A DNA stretch of 64,000 nt from an uncultured Chloroflexia bacterium (lineage in GTDB: Bacteria; Chloroflexota; Limnocylindria; Limnocylindrales; CSP1-4): the NCBI GenBank assembly GCA_963749705.1, contig CAVVNQ010000007.1:64001-128000 (forward strand), in the 5' to 3' direction. Of this stretch, positions 1 through 9,908 are shown piece after piece. Position numbers and translations under genes: made by a program. The notes beneath the pieces were generated by a model. It worked only from the letters and a program-made list of their open reading frames with translations. It did not search any database and was not told where the DNA came from. The first letter of the stretch is position 1; each line of letters begins with the position of its first letter.

Positions 1-417
1 AGCGCGTACCTCGCGGCCGCGCGGGCCGAGGCGACGCGGCGCGGTCTCGATGACCGGGTCACCCACATCCTGGGCGACGTGACCGGCCTGGTCGGCGATG
101 TCGCACCGGCTGACCTGGTGGCGCTTGACCGCGTGGTCTGCTGCTATGCCGATGCGCCGGCGCTGGTGGCGGCGGCCGCGGCGCTCGCGACCCGGCGGGT
201 GGGTCTCGTGTATCCGCGCGACACCTGGTGGATCCGGATCGGGGTCACCATCTCCAACCCGATCATGTTCCGTCGATCGGCCGGATACCGGATGCGCGTC
301 CATCGCCCGACGCTGCTCGCCGCAGTGTTGCGCACGGCGGGCTTCCGACGCCGACGGATCCGCGACGGGCACGTGTGGCGCGTCGAGGCCTGGGAGCGCG
401 AGGCACCGGCAGCGTAG
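1..417 (+). CDS. Class I SAM-dependent methyltransferase, 5'-truncated by window edge
   Basis: Frame 1 is open from base 1 (SAYLAAARAEATRRGLDDRVTHILGD...ADLVALDRVVCCY), typical of the C-terminal half of BchM-like/Methyltransf family proteins. Confidence 0.7.
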   Translation, partial: SAYLAAARAEATRRGLDDRVTHILGDVTGLVGDVAPADLVALDRVVCCYADAPALVAAAAALATRRVGLVYPRDTWWIRIGVTISNPIMFRRSAGYRMRVHRPTLLAAVLRTAGFRRRRIRDGHVWRVEAWEREAPAA

Positions 418-450
418 GTCGGCGGCGCGAACGGGGCGCCGTGGTCGATC

Positions 451-506
451 CGAGTCGGCTACGCCGCGAGTCGGCTACGCCGCGAGTCGGCTACGCCGCG
501 AGTCGG
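451..506. repeat. 16-bp tandem repeat CGAGTCGGCTACGCCG x3.5
   Basis: Directly visible between convergent genes. Confidence 0.9.
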
Positions 507-517
507 CCGCGCGAACG

Positions 518-1397
518 TCAGGCCGCCGATCCGTCTCCCAGGACAGCGGCGAGCCGCGCCGCCCACCTCGCCCGGTCGGCCGCGGCGTCGGCCGTGGCCA
601 GTCGCTCCAGGAGCTGGAGGGGCTGGAGCCAGGCGAACGCCCGGGGTTCGCGTTCCGGCAGCCCGGCGACGTCGGCGAACGATCGCCAGGCGGTCCGCGC
701 CATGTCCGGGTGGTGATGGCCGACGACCCATGCGAACCATGCCCCGTCGAACAGCGGATGGGCGAGCCGGGCGCGGTCGAGGTCGAGGACCGCGGCCACA
801 TCGGTTCCGCGCACGAGGACGTTGACGGGCGCGAGGTCGCCGTGGGCGAAGACCGACGGGACGCGGTCCGTGTCCCGGGCCGCGATGCCGAGGACCTCGC
901 CGAGCCTCGCGGTGAGCGCGCTCATCCAGCAGGTCGGCGCAGCGCCGCAGCCACGCCCCACCGGTGGCCTGCAGGGCTTCGCCGGACGCCCAGTCGCCGG
1001 GGAGCGTGAGCGCGCCCGGGTCGATGGCGGACAGTCGGGCCGCGACCTGCCCACAGGTGCGCCCGACGACCATCGCTCCCGAACGGTCGCCCAGGAGCTC
1101 CGACCCCGGCCGCCCCTCGACGAACGGAATGGTGAGGATCGCGTGGCCGCCGTCACGCGCGACGAGCCGGGGCTCGGGGACCCGCAGGCCCGTGTGCCGG
1201 ACCGCGGCCCGGATCGAGCGTGGTCCGGGCTCCGTGGGTTCCGAGGCGTCGGCCCGACGCTGGACGACCAGCCGTCGCCCGTCACCCGTGAGGAGCCAGG
1301 TCTCATGGTCGAAGCCCCACCGTGCGCGGGTCGCGCTCGGGGCTCCGTCGGGCCGCGCGGCGAGGACCCAGGCGGGCGGCCGATCTCCGCTCACCAT
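518..1397 (-). pseudogene. Aminoglycoside phosphotransferase (APH/choline kinase-like) family protein, frameshifted near 915-930
   Basis: N-lobe (WGFDHETWLL...LRVPEP...FVEGRPG) is in ORF 459..1397; catalytic HGDLAPVN and VLDLD motifs are in a different frame (ORF 518..1306). Confidence 0.7.
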
Positions 1398-2365
1398 GCC
1401 TCGCGCCCGGGCGCACCGTCGTCAGCGTCCTCGAACTCGCCCGGCTCGACGGGACCGCCGGGCGTGACCTGGGCCGCCGGCGCGCTGCGGAGCGTGATGA
1501 TCCCGCCCACCGCGATCGTCGCCGCCCCGGCCACCGCGCGCGCGATGATCGCCTCGCCGAAGATGACGGCGCCCGCGGTGAACGACCACACCAGCGAGAG
1601 GTATCCCAGCGGGGCGAGATCGCTCGCCCGGCCGCGCTGGTAGGCGGCGACCAGCAGCCGGTGGCCAAGCAGCGCAGACAGGCCGACCACGCCGGTCCCG
1701 ATCCACTCCAGGGGCGTCGGCGACGTCGGCGTCGGCACCCCGACCTCGAGCACCAGCGCGGCCACCAGCCCGACCAGCCCGGAGAGGAACACCGTCACCT
1801 CGGCCGGCTCGTCGCTCAGCGAACGGGTGAGCAGGCTGAACAGGGCATAGGCCAATGCCGTTCCCAGCGGCACCAGCATTGCGAGCTTGAGCTCCGCCGC
1901 ATCGAGCCCGACCAGGATCACCACGCCCGTGAAGCCGATGATCGCGCCCAGCCCCGCAGCGCGGCTGACCCGCTCGCCGAGCAGCGGACCCGCGAGCAGG
2001 ACCACGATCAGGGGTGTCGTGTTTCCGAGGGCGCTGACCTCGGCGATCGGCAGCAGCGACAGGGCGAGGAAGTAGGTCGCGGTCGCGGCGAACATCGCCA
2101 GCCCACGGGCGAGCTGGGTCCACGGCCGCCTGGTCGCGAGCAGCCGGCCCGGATGCCGGCCGCCGGCGATCAGCGCGAACGCCACGAGGTAGGAGACGTG
2201 CCGGCCGAACACGACGTGCACCACGGGCTGCTGCCCGACGAGCGTCTTGGTCATCGAGTCCGTCGCGACGAACACGATCCCGGCGAGCATGAAGATGAGC
2301 GCGCCGCGGCGGGCCGTGGACAGGCCCGCGAAGCGAGCCGCGACCGGGTGGGTGGATGCGGTCAC
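1391..2365 (-). CDS. DMT/EamA family transporter
   Basis: About 10 TM helices with duplicated EamA pattern (LLGERVS, IFGEAI); GTG start at 2365 just after the upstream stop. Confidence 0.85.
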   Translation of the reverse strand: MTASTHPVAARFAGLSTARRGALIFMLAGIVFVATDSMTKTLVGQQPVVHVVFGRHVSYLVAFALIAGGRHPGRLLATRRPWTQLARGLAMFAATATYFLALSLLPIAEVSALGNTTPLIVVLLAGPLLGERVSRAAGLGAIIGFTGVVILVGLDAAELKLAMLVPLGTALAYALFSLLTRSLSDEPAEVTVFLSGLVGLVAALVLEVGVPTPTSPTPLEWIGTGVVGLSALLGHRLLVAAYQRGRASDLAPLGYLSLVWSFTAGAVIFGEAIIARAVAGAATIAVGGIITLRSAPAAQVTPGGPVEPGEFEDADDGAPGREAW

Positions 2366-2373
2366 CGGGTCGG

Positions 2374-3705
2374 TCAGTCGGGCAGGATGTCGGTCAGGTT
2401 CCCCATCGCGTCGAACCCGATCGGAGCCGGCGGGCGCTCCACCCGGCATCGCCCGGTGGCGAGCAGCTCGGGCAGGAGTCCCTCGGACGCGTAGAACCAC
2501 TCGAGGTGCTTCGTGTCCCGCAGCCGCACGATGCGCGCCGTGTCCGCGGACACCTTGAGGCAGCACGCGATCGCGGCGTCAAGCGCGTCCCGGTCCGTGT
2601 CCACCGTGAGCGCCACCCGCGCGCCCTCGGGGGTCTTGGCCGTGATGCAGTTCATGTAGGTCTTGGCCACGTCCATCGCGTCGGCCGCCCGCCCGAGGAC
2701 CACGTCGGCCATGCCGATCCCGACCGCGTTGCCCTCGGTGGCCTCGGTCAGGCCGCGGACGATGATCCGCTGGATGAGCGGGTCCCTGCCGGTGGGCCCG
2801 GTGTAGTAGCGTCCGACGACGTTGGAGTCCATCCCCAGCCCGCTGATGTCCTTGCCGATCTGGTCCAGGATCAGGACGTCGAGCGTGCTGAGCGGCAGCC
2901 GGGCGAGGTGCGCATCCGCCTCCTCCAGCAGCGCCCGCTCGCGCTGGTGCATCTCCGCGGCCGGGACGGCCTCGATCCGGCGAAGACGGGCATAGCCGTT
3001 CTCGATCAGGGCCAGGCCGAACGGGATCGGCGCCCTGGCAAGGGTGTGCTCGGCGACGGCGGGGATGAGCTCCGCGAAGGTGGAGAAGCCCTCGCGGTGG
3101 AAGGTGTCGGCACCGCGCTGCTTGCCGAGACCGATCGCGATCATCTTGAGCAGCCCGCTCTCGATCGGTCCCGAGAAGTCGGTGTGCGGCTTCACCCGGT
3201 TGACGGGGATGATGACGTCGGCGCCGGTCAGCGCCAGGCGATCAACGAACACGGGCACGCCCCGGACCTCGCCGATCTCCACCGTGTCCATGCTCGAGCG
3301 GATCTCACACCCGATGGTGTCCTCGCGGATCCCCAGCGAGGCGAGCACCGCCGCCTGGCCGTCCGCGGTCGCGCCGCCGTGACTGCCCATCGCGGGCACG
3401 GCGAACACCTCGAGCCCCGAGGCGCGGAGCGCCGCGACCGTCGCACGGGCGACCTCGGCGATCCGGTCGATGCCCCGGCTGCCCAGCGCCACGCACGCCC
3501 GGCCCCCCGTCGGCAGCCGGTCGCGCACCGGCGCGAGAGCGTCGGCCACGGCCGAATCGATGTCACCGACCTCGGTCCGGTCCATCTCGTGCCGGACCAG
3601 GGCCCACGAGGGGAGCGCCTCGTGGCGGAACACGTCAAGCCACGAGCCGGGCGCACGCGCCCCGATCTCGGGGACCGGCGGATCGTCGTCCCGGCGGATC
3701 GTCAT
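2374..3705 (-). CDS. LarA-like (lactate racemase N-terminal/DUF2088-type) protein, putative sugar-acid epimerase
   Basis: GSRGI...PAMGSHGGATADGQ, NRVKPHTDF, SGLLKMIAIGLGK motifs; RBS GAGGAAGG before ATG 3705. Confidence 0.7.
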   Translation of the reverse strand: MTIRRDDDPPVPEIGARAPGSWLDVFRHEALPSWALVRHEMDRTEVGDIDSAVADALAPVRDRLPTGGRACVALGSRGIDRIAEVARATVAALRASGLEVFAVPAMGSHGGATADGQAAVLASLGIREDTIGCEIRSSMDTVEIGEVRGVPVFVDRLALTGADVIIPVNRVKPHTDFSGPIESGLLKMIAIGLGKQRGADTFHREGFSTFAELIPAVAEHTLARAPIPFGLALIENGYARLRRIEAVPAAEMHQRERALLEEADAHLARLPLSTLDVLILDQIGKDISGLGMDSNVVGRYYTGPTGRDPLIQRIIVRGLTEATEGNAVGIGMADVVLGRAADAMDVAKTYMNCITAKTPEGARVALTVDTDRDALDAAIACCLKVSADTARIVRLRDTKHLEWFYASEGLLPELLATGRCRVERPPAPIGFDAMGNLTDILPD

Positions 3706-3713
3706 CGCCTTCC

Positions 3714-4490
3714 TCAGATCGTCATGGCCGTGAAGCCCCCGTCCACGCGGACGATGGCTCCCGTCACGTAGCCCGATGCCGCGTCGGAGGCCAGCCACAC
3801 CGCGGTTCCGACGAGCTCGTCAGGCTCGCCCAGCCGGCCGGCCGGCGTGTGCGAGACGATCGCCGCGAGGCGGTCGTCGGACAGCAGCGCCCGGTTCTGC
3901 TCGGCGGGGAAGAAGCCGGGCGCGATGGCGTTGACCCGGATGCGGTGTGGCGCGAGCTCGCGCGCGAGGTACTGGGTCAGGTTGTTCAGCCCGGCCTTGG
4001 CCACCGAGTAGGCCAGCACCCGCGACAGCGGGGGCCCGGACGAGGCGGACGAGATGTTGATGATCGACCCCCCGCGGCCGGCCTCGACCATGCCCCGGCC
4101 GAACACCTGGCAGGCCACGAACACCGACGTCAGGTTCGCGTCCAGGAGGCGCCGCCACTCATCGAGCTCGATGTCGAAGAACGGGGTCGAGCTGTTGACG
4201 CCCGGCGCGTTCACGAGGATGTCGACTGGGCCCAGCCGGGCCTCGACCTCGCGCCGCGCCGCCTCGACCGTCGCGGGGTCGGTGGCGTCGACGTGGACCG
4301 CGATCGCCCGGACCCCGGCGGCCTCCAGGGCCGCAACCCGGATCGCCGCGCGCTCCTCCGAGCGACCGAGCACGGCCACCGCGGCGCCCGCCGCACCGAG
4401 CCCATGACTGATGCTGCCGCCCAGGACGCCCGTACCGCCGATCACGACGGCCACCCGGCCGTCCAGATCGAAAACGCCGGTCGTGGTCAT
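3714..4490 (-). CDS. SDR oxidoreductase (UxuB/gluconate-5-dehydrogenase-like)
   Basis: GGTGVLG, YSVAKA (YxxxK), NAIAPGFFPAEQN, VDGGF. Confidence 0.85.
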   Translation of the reverse strand: MTTTGVFDLDGRVAVVIGGTGVLGGSISHGLGAAGAAVAVLGRSEERAAIRVAALEAAGVRAIAVHVDATDPATVEAARREVEARLGPVDILVNAPGVNSSTPFFDIELDEWRRLLDANLTSVFVACQVFGRGMVEAGRGGSIINISSASSGPPLSRVLAYSVAKAGLNNLTQYLARELAPHRIRVNAIAPGFFPAEQNRALLSDDRLAAIVSHTPAGRLGEPDELVGTAVWLASDAASGYVTGAIVRVDGGFTAMTI

Positions 4491-4596
4491 CGATCAAATG
4501 CCTTTCCGTGCTTCCCCACCGGGCGCGTCTTGGCTGTCGGTCGTCGCCTGCCTGAAGCACCGACGTCATCCGCCAGTATGGCCCTTGCAGGCGCTG

Positions 4597-4622
4597 TGTC
4601 CAAGGGTCTACTGTAGGACAAT
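4597..4622. promoter_or_regulatory. Putative GntR operator in divergent promoter
   Basis: ACTGTAGGACAAT (4610-4622) matches the box at 10778 at 10 of 13 positions; TGTCC...GGACA inverted arms. Confidence 0.5.
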
Positions 4623-4662
4623 CAACTATCGTTCATCACGGCAGAAACCCGAGGTGCAGGGC

Positions 4663-5130
4663 GTGACGCAGTACGTCTTCGATCCGCACGACGTGATCCG
4701 GTACCGGTACCCGACCCACACCAACGACCTGATCATGGACCGCCAGCACGCCTCGGCCGCCGAGGCGTTCTTCGTGATCCTCGAGCCCGGCGAGGCGCCC
4801 CCGATCCACACCCACGACGATGCCGAGCAGGTGTTCTTCATCCTCGAGGGCAAGGGCGAGCTGGGCATCGGGCCCGAGGCAGCCGAACGGTATCCGCTCG
4901 AGCCGGGCGACTTCGTCCGCACCCCGCCGGGCGTGCCGCACGCCGTGAGCTGCATCGGCGAGAGCCGGTTCGTGTACCTGAGCATCGACTGCTTCGTCGC
5001 CGGCCCCAACCCCGCCGAGCCGACCTGGGACAGCCACGTCCACCAGATGTGCGCCACCAACGGCTGGGACTTCGACACCGTGAAAGAGGGGCCGATCGAC
5101 GGCGAGACGTACGTCGCCCGCGGCGGCTGA
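4663..5130 (+). CDS. Cupin domain protein
   Basis: PIHTHDDAEQVFFILEG...PPGVPHAV cupin motifs; GTG start after GAGG. Confidence 0.85.
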   Translation: MTQYVFDPHDVIRYRYPTHTNDLIMDRQHASAAEAFFVILEPGEAPPIHTHDDAEQVFFILEGKGELGIGPEAAERYPLEPGDFVRTPPGVPHAVSCIGESRFVYLSIDCFVAGPNPAEPTWDSHVHQMCATNGWDFDTVKEGPIDGETYVARGG

Positions 5131-5179
5131 CGTCGGTGCCGGGCGCCCGCAGGCTGCGGGCGCGATTCGAGGAGGAGCA

Positions 5180-5503
5180 ATGATCAAGCAGTTCGCCGAC
5201 CTCGCCGTCGAGCCCCAGCCCTACGCGGACTACCGGCCGATCTTCGAGACCAACCGGCTCAACGTGACCCACGTGCGGATCCATCCCGGCGAGACGGTCC
5301 CGACGCATACCCACCACGACGAGGACCAGGTCTACTACGTGGCCTCGGGCACCGGGTACGTCGTCCTCGACGGGCAGCGCACGGACGTGTCCGCGGGGAG
5401 CAGCGTGCTGATCCCGATCGGCACCGAGCACGAGATCACGAACACCGGCGCGGACGTGCTGGACTACGTGTTCTTCGTCGTGTTCGTCCCGGCCCACGCA
5501 TGA
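5180..5503 (+). CDS. Cupin domain protein
   Basis: PTHTHHDEDQVYYV...PIGTEHEI; RBS GAGGAGGAG. Confidence 0.85.
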   Translation: MIKQFADLAVEPQPYADYRPIFETNRLNVTHVRIHPGETVPTHTHHDEDQVYYVASGTGYVVLDGQRTDVSAGSSVLIPIGTEHEITNTGADVLDYVFFVVFVPAHA

Positions 5504-6267
5504 CCGAGCTCGTTCGCGATCGCCTGCGGGTGATCGTCCAGCCGGATCGGCCCACGCTGGGTGCCGCGGCAGCGGCGTACTCGGCGGATCGCCTTCGAAG
5601 CCTCCTCGACCACCAGGATCGGGTGCGGGTGATCTTCGCCGCAGCCGCCTCGCAGAACGAGATGCTGGCTGCGCTTGGCCAGACCGAGGGCATCGACTGG
5701 GCGCGGGTGGACGCGTTCCACCTCGACGAGTACGTCGGGCTGCCGCTGGGCCACCCGAGGTCGTTCGGGCGGTGGCTCCACGACCACATCTGGTCACGCG
5801 TCAATCCCGGCCGGGTGGAGCGGATCGACGGCGGCAACCCCGCCGGCGGCGCGGCCGAGGCCGCCCGCTACGGCGCGCTCCTTGCGGACGGCGGCATCGA
5901 CCTCGCGCTCGTCGGCGTCGGGGAGAACGGACACGTCGCCTTCAACGACCCCCACGTCGCGGACTTCGACGATCCCGTGTGGATGAAGCCCGTCGAGATC
6001 GACGACACCAGCCGCCACCAGCAGGTCCGCGACGGCGCGTTCGACCGGTTCGAGGACGTGCCCCGCACCGCGCTCACCGTCACCATGTCCACGATCCGCG
6101 CCTGCCGGGTCGTCTCGCTGGTCGTCCCGGGGCCGCAGAAGGCTGCCGCCATCGCGGCGATGCTGGACGGTCCGGTCAGCACCGCCTGTCCGGCCTCCGT
6201 CCTGCGCGGCCACCCGGATGCCGTGCTGTTCGTCGACGAGGCCGCGGCCTCGGCGGCCCGCCGCTGA
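5500..6267 (+). CDS. Glucosamine-6-phosphate deaminase-like (NagB/6PGL superfamily)
   Basis: FHLDEYVGL, GVGENGHVAFND, CPASVLRGH motifs; ATGA overlap with upstream gene. Confidence 0.8.
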   Translation: MTELVRDRLRVIVQPDRPTLGAAAAAYSADRLRSLLDHQDRVRVIFAAAASQNEMLAALGQTEGIDWARVDAFHLDEYVGLPLGHPRSFGRWLHDHIWSRVNPGRVERIDGGNPAGGAAEAARYGALLADGGIDLALVGVGENGHVAFNDPHVADFDDPVWMKPVEIDDTSRHQQVRDGAFDRFEDVPRTALTVTMSTIRACRVVSLVVPGPQKAAAIAAMLDGPVSTACPASVLRGHPDAVLFVDEAAASAARR

Positions 6268-6323
6268 CGGCAGCCAGCCCGGTCCCGGCCGCGGAACGGC
6301 CGGTCCTGAACAGAGGAGTCACG

Positions 6324-7514
6324 ATGTCGAAGCTGGCAATCCACGGGGGCACGCCGGTCCGGACGAAGCCCTTCCTCGGCTGGCCGGTGTTCGGGACCGA
6401 AGAGGAGGACGCCCTGCTCGCGGCGCTCCGATCGGGCGTGTGGGGCTCCATCGACGGCACGTACGTCAAGGAGCTCGAGGTCGAGTTCGCGAAGCTCCAG
6501 GCCGCGCGCCACGGGATCGCCTGCGTCAACGGCACGATGGCGCTGTCGGTGGCCCTCAAGGCGCTGGGGATCGGGCCCGGCGACGAGGTCCTCGTCCCGC
6601 CGTACACGTTCATCGCCACGGCGAGCGCGGCGCTCATGGTCGGCGCGGTGCCGGTGTTCGTCGACGTCGAGCTGGACACGCTGCTCATCGACCCCAGCCT
6701 CATCGATGCCGCCGTCACCCCGCGCACCAAGGCGATCATCCCCGTCCACCACGGCGGCTCCCCGGTCGACATGGACGGCGTCATGTCCGCCGCGCAGCGA
6801 CACGGGCTCAAGGTCGTGGAGGACGCCGCGCAGGCCCACGGGTCCGCATGGCGCGGCCGGCCGGTCGGCGCGATCGGGGACGTGGGGACGTTCAGCTTCC
6901 AGTCCTCGAAGCCGATCAACGCCGGCGAGGGCGGGATGATGCTGACCAACGACGACGAGCTCGATGAGCTCCTGTGGTCGTACCGCAACGTCGGGCGGCG
7001 ACGTGGCGGGGAGTGGTACGAGCATGTCCGGCTGGGCTGGAACCTCCGGATGACCGAGTTCCAGGCCGCGGTGCTGCTCGAGCAGATGAAGCGCATGCCC
7101 GCGCAGCAGGCCCATCGAACCGAGGCGGCGGCGTACCTGTCGTCGAGGCTGCTCGAGATCCCGGGCGCGGTCCCGCTGCGCGTTCCCGACGGGGTCACCG
7201 CGCACAGCTGGTACACGTACCACTGGCGTTGGCTGGGTGAGCCCGATGGCGGCCTGCCCAAGCACCAGTTCGCGGAGGCGCTTCGCGCCGAGGGCGTGCC
7301 GGTGTTCCACGGCTACACGCCGCTCAACCGGAACCAGGCCGTGATCGACGAGATCGCGCGGCTCGGCGGGCCCGCACCGGTGCCCTGCCCGAACGCCGAG
7401 AAGGCCGAGGCGGACGAGATCCTGATGTTCTCGCTGTCGATCCTGATGGGCACGCACCAGGATCTCGATGACGTCGCCGAGGCGGTCGCCAAGGTTGCCG
7501 CGGTTCGCGCGTGA
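6324..7514 (+). CDS. DegT/DnrJ/EryC1/StrS PLP-dependent sugar/aminocyclitol aminotransferase
   Basis: EDAAQAHG, FSFQSSKPINAGEGG (PLP Lys), GWNLRMTEFQAA; RBS AGAGGAG before ATG 6324. Confidence 0.92.
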   Translation: MSKLAIHGGTPVRTKPFLGWPVFGTEEEDALLAALRSGVWGSIDGTYVKELEVEFAKLQAARHGIACVNGTMALSVALKALGIGPGDEVLVPPYTFIATASAALMVGAVPVFVDVELDTLLIDPSLIDAAVTPRTKAIIPVHHGGSPVDMDGVMSAAQRHGLKVVEDAAQAHGSAWRGRPVGAIGDVGTFSFQSSKPINAGEGGMMLTNDDELDELLWSYRNVGRRRGGEWYEHVRLGWNLRMTEFQAAVLLEQMKRMPAQQAHRTEAAAYLSSRLLEIPGAVPLRVPDGVTAHSWYTYHWRWLGEPDGGLPKHQFAEALRAEGVPVFHGYTPLNRNQAVIDEIARLGGPAPVPCPNAEKAEADEILMFSLSILMGTHQDLDDVAEAVAKVAAVRA

Positions 7515-8572
7515 GCACACCCGCGGCCATCCGCGTCGGCCTGGTGGGCTGCGGGGCCATCTCGACCCAGCACCTCGAGGCCATCTCGGCGCTGCCGGCC
7601 CTGTCGCTCGCCGGTGTCGTCAGCGCGTCCGCGGACCGGGCACAGACCGTCGGCGAGCGGTGGGGCGTGCCGTGGACGACGGACCTCGGCGAGCTGCTCG
7701 GTCGGGACGACGTGGATGCGGTCACGATCGCCACGCCGTCCGGGTTGCACCCGGCCCAGGCGCTGGCAGCGCTGCGTTCCGGTCGCCACGTGATCGTCGA
7801 GAAGCCGATCGCCCTGTCGGTCGAGGATGCGGACGCCGTCGTGGCGGCGGGCCGCGAGCGCAACCTCACCGTCGCGACGATCTCGCAGCGCCGGTTCGAG
7901 CCCGCCGTGCGCGCGCTCCACGCGGCGATCGAGGCCGGGGCGCTGGGGACGATCTCGCTGATCATCGCCGAGGGTCTGTACCACCGGCCGCAGTCGTACT
8001 ACGACAGCGCCCCGTGGAGGGGCACGCGCGCCCTCGATGGCGGCGTCCTGATGAACCAGGCCATCCACGTGATCGACCTGCTGCGCTGGATGGGCGGACC
8101 GGTGGCGTCGGTCACGGGCCACGTCGCGACCCTGGGGCACCGGATGGAGGCGGAGGACACGGCCTCAGTCAGCCTCCGGTTCACCGGTGGCGCGCTGGGT
8201 GAGATCGTCGCCACCACCTGCGCCAACCCGGAGCTGCCCGTGGAGCTGCGCGTCTACGGGGATCGTGGGCACGTTCGCCTTGCCGGCGAGGCGGCCGTCG
8301 AGTGGGATGTCCCGGGCGTGCCGGCGCCGGAGCCCGCAACAGACGACGCCGCTGCCGTCGTGGATCAGCCGGGCGTCGGCGCCACGCAGACATGGGGCAC
8401 CAACGCGATCGGCTACCTGCGTCAGTACGCCGACTTCGTCGAGGCCGTCCGGACCGGCCGCCCGCCCGCGGTGACCGGCGATGACGGCCGCAACGCCGTC
8501 GAGATCATCACGGCCGCCTACGAGGCCGACCGTGCCGGACGAGCCGTCGTGCTCGGAGGAGGTTCGAGATGA
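7511..8572 (+). CDS. Gfo/Idh/MocA family NAD-dependent oxidoreductase
   Basis: GCGAIS, VEKP, DGGVLMNQAIHVIDLL, EAEDTA. Confidence 0.92.
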   Translation: MSTPAAIRVGLVGCGAISTQHLEAISALPALSLAGVVSASADRAQTVGERWGVPWTTDLGELLGRDDVDAVTIATPSGLHPAQALAALRSGRHVIVEKPIALSVEDADAVVAAGRERNLTVATISQRRFEPAVRALHAAIEAGALGTISLIIAEGLYHRPQSYYDSAPWRGTRALDGGVLMNQAIHVIDLLRWMGGPVASVTGHVATLGHRMEAEDTASVSLRFTGGALGEIVATTCANPELPVELRVYGDRGHVRLAGEAAVEWDVPGVPAPEPATDDAAAVVDQPGVGATQTWGTNAIGYLRQYADFVEAVRTGRPPAVTGDDGRNAVEIITAAYEADRAGRAVVLGGGSR

Positions 8573-9846
8573 AGGTCGGGGCGGCAAAGGTCGACATCAC
8601 GCCGCCGCTGGGGATGCAGCTCGAGGGCTTCGAGGTTCGCGTGGACGGCGCGACGGGCATCCATGACCCGCTGTACGCGCGGGCGATCGTCGCCGAGGGC
8701 GCCGACGGCACCACCGTCGCACTGCTGGTCGCGGACCTGCTCCAGGTCGATCCGCGGCTGCAGGGGCTGGTCGCCGACGAGGTGCTGGCGCGAACCGGCA
8801 TCACCCGGGAGCACCTGCAGCTGGCCGGGACGCACACGCACAGCGGACCGCGGCTGGCGGAGCCGTCCGACGCGGAGCGAGCCATCGGCCACGGCATCGC
8901 CGACGCGATCACGCACGCCTGGGAGCAGCGCCGCGAGGCGGTTGCCGCGGTGGGCATCGGCGAGGTGACCGGGATCGGCGCCAACCGGCGGCCCAACGGC
9001 GGTCCGGTCGACGACCGGGTCACGGTCACCCGGTTCGACGACGTCGACGGCCGGCCGATCGCGACCCACGTCAACTACGGCTGTCATCCGACCACGCTGG
9101 GTCCGAACAACCTGCTCTATACCGCCGACTACCCGGGCGTGCTCTGCCGGCTGGTGGACGAGGCGGTCGGCGGCGTGACCGTGTTCTCGACCGGTCCGCA
9201 GGGAGACGTGAACCCGGGTGGCTACTCGCCCGAGGGCAGCATGGTCGGGATCGTCGTCCCGTGGCGGACGTTCGAGTCCGCCGAGCGGTACGGCCGCCTG
9301 CTGGCAGACTGCGTCCTGGCCGTTCGGCCAGGGCTGGAGCCGCGCCCATCGGATCGCGTGTGGGGCGACGCGCGGGTGGTCGAGCTGCGGCGCAAGCGCC
9401 TGCCCGCACGCGATGTTGCCCGTGACGCGGCCGTCGCGGCGCGCGACGCCGAGCGCCTCGTCGTGGCCGCCGACATGAGCCCGGACGCCACCTACCACGC
9501 GCTCGTGGCCGCCGCCTACGCGGAGCTGGTCGCGAGCCAGGCGGCCGATCCCGATCGCGACGAACCCGTCCGGATCCGGGCGAGCGGGCTCGCCATCGGG
9601 CCGTTGCTCCACGTCGGCGTGTCGGGCGAGCTGTTCGTGGCGCTCGGCCAGCAGATCCGGCGGACGCTGGGCGATGGGCAGACCTGCGTCGCGGCACTGT
9701 GCGACGGCACGGTGGGCTACATCCCGACCGCCGAGGCATTCGCGATCGGCGGATACGAGCCCAACGCCAGCGTGCTCCACCCGGGCGAAGGCGAGCGGCT
9801 GGTCGACGCCGCCGTCGACCTCGCGTCCAGGGCACCCGCAGCCTGA
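8569..9846 (+). CDS. Neutral/alkaline ceramidase N-terminal domain protein (putative metal-dependent amidase)
   Basis: DITPP, HDPLYARA, GTHTHSGP, NRR, NYGCHPT, ADYPG, GYIPT..GGYE. Confidence 0.85.
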   Translation: MKVGAAKVDITPPLGMQLEGFEVRVDGATGIHDPLYARAIVAEGADGTTVALLVADLLQVDPRLQGLVADEVLARTGITREHLQLAGTHTHSGPRLAEPSDAERAIGHGIADAITHAWEQRREAVAAVGIGEVTGIGANRRPNGGPVDDRVTVTRFDDVDGRPIATHVNYGCHPTTLGPNNLLYTADYPGVLCRLVDEAVGGVTVFSTGPQGDVNPGGYSPEGSMVGIVVPWRTFESAERYGRLLADCVLAVRPGLEPRPSDRVWGDARVVELRRKRLPARDVARDAAVAARDAERLVVAADMSPDATYHALVAAAYAELVASQAADPDRDEPVRIRASGLAIGPLLHVGVSGELFVALGQQIRRTLGDGQTCVAALCDGTVGYIPTAEAFAIGGYEPNASVLHPGEGERLVDAAVDLASRAPAA

Positions 9847-9908
9847 CACGGACCGACCCGCAACCACGATCACCAGCGACCGGACAACCGACCACCAGGA
9901 GGTCACCC

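Noticed and set aside
6324-8572. AHBA/ansamycin or aminoglycoside biosynthetic cluster (RifK/RifL-like pair)
   Set aside because: No PKS, aminoDAHP/DOI synthase, glycosyltransferase or nucleotidyltransferase; the importer, deacetylase and KdgK context points to catabolism.
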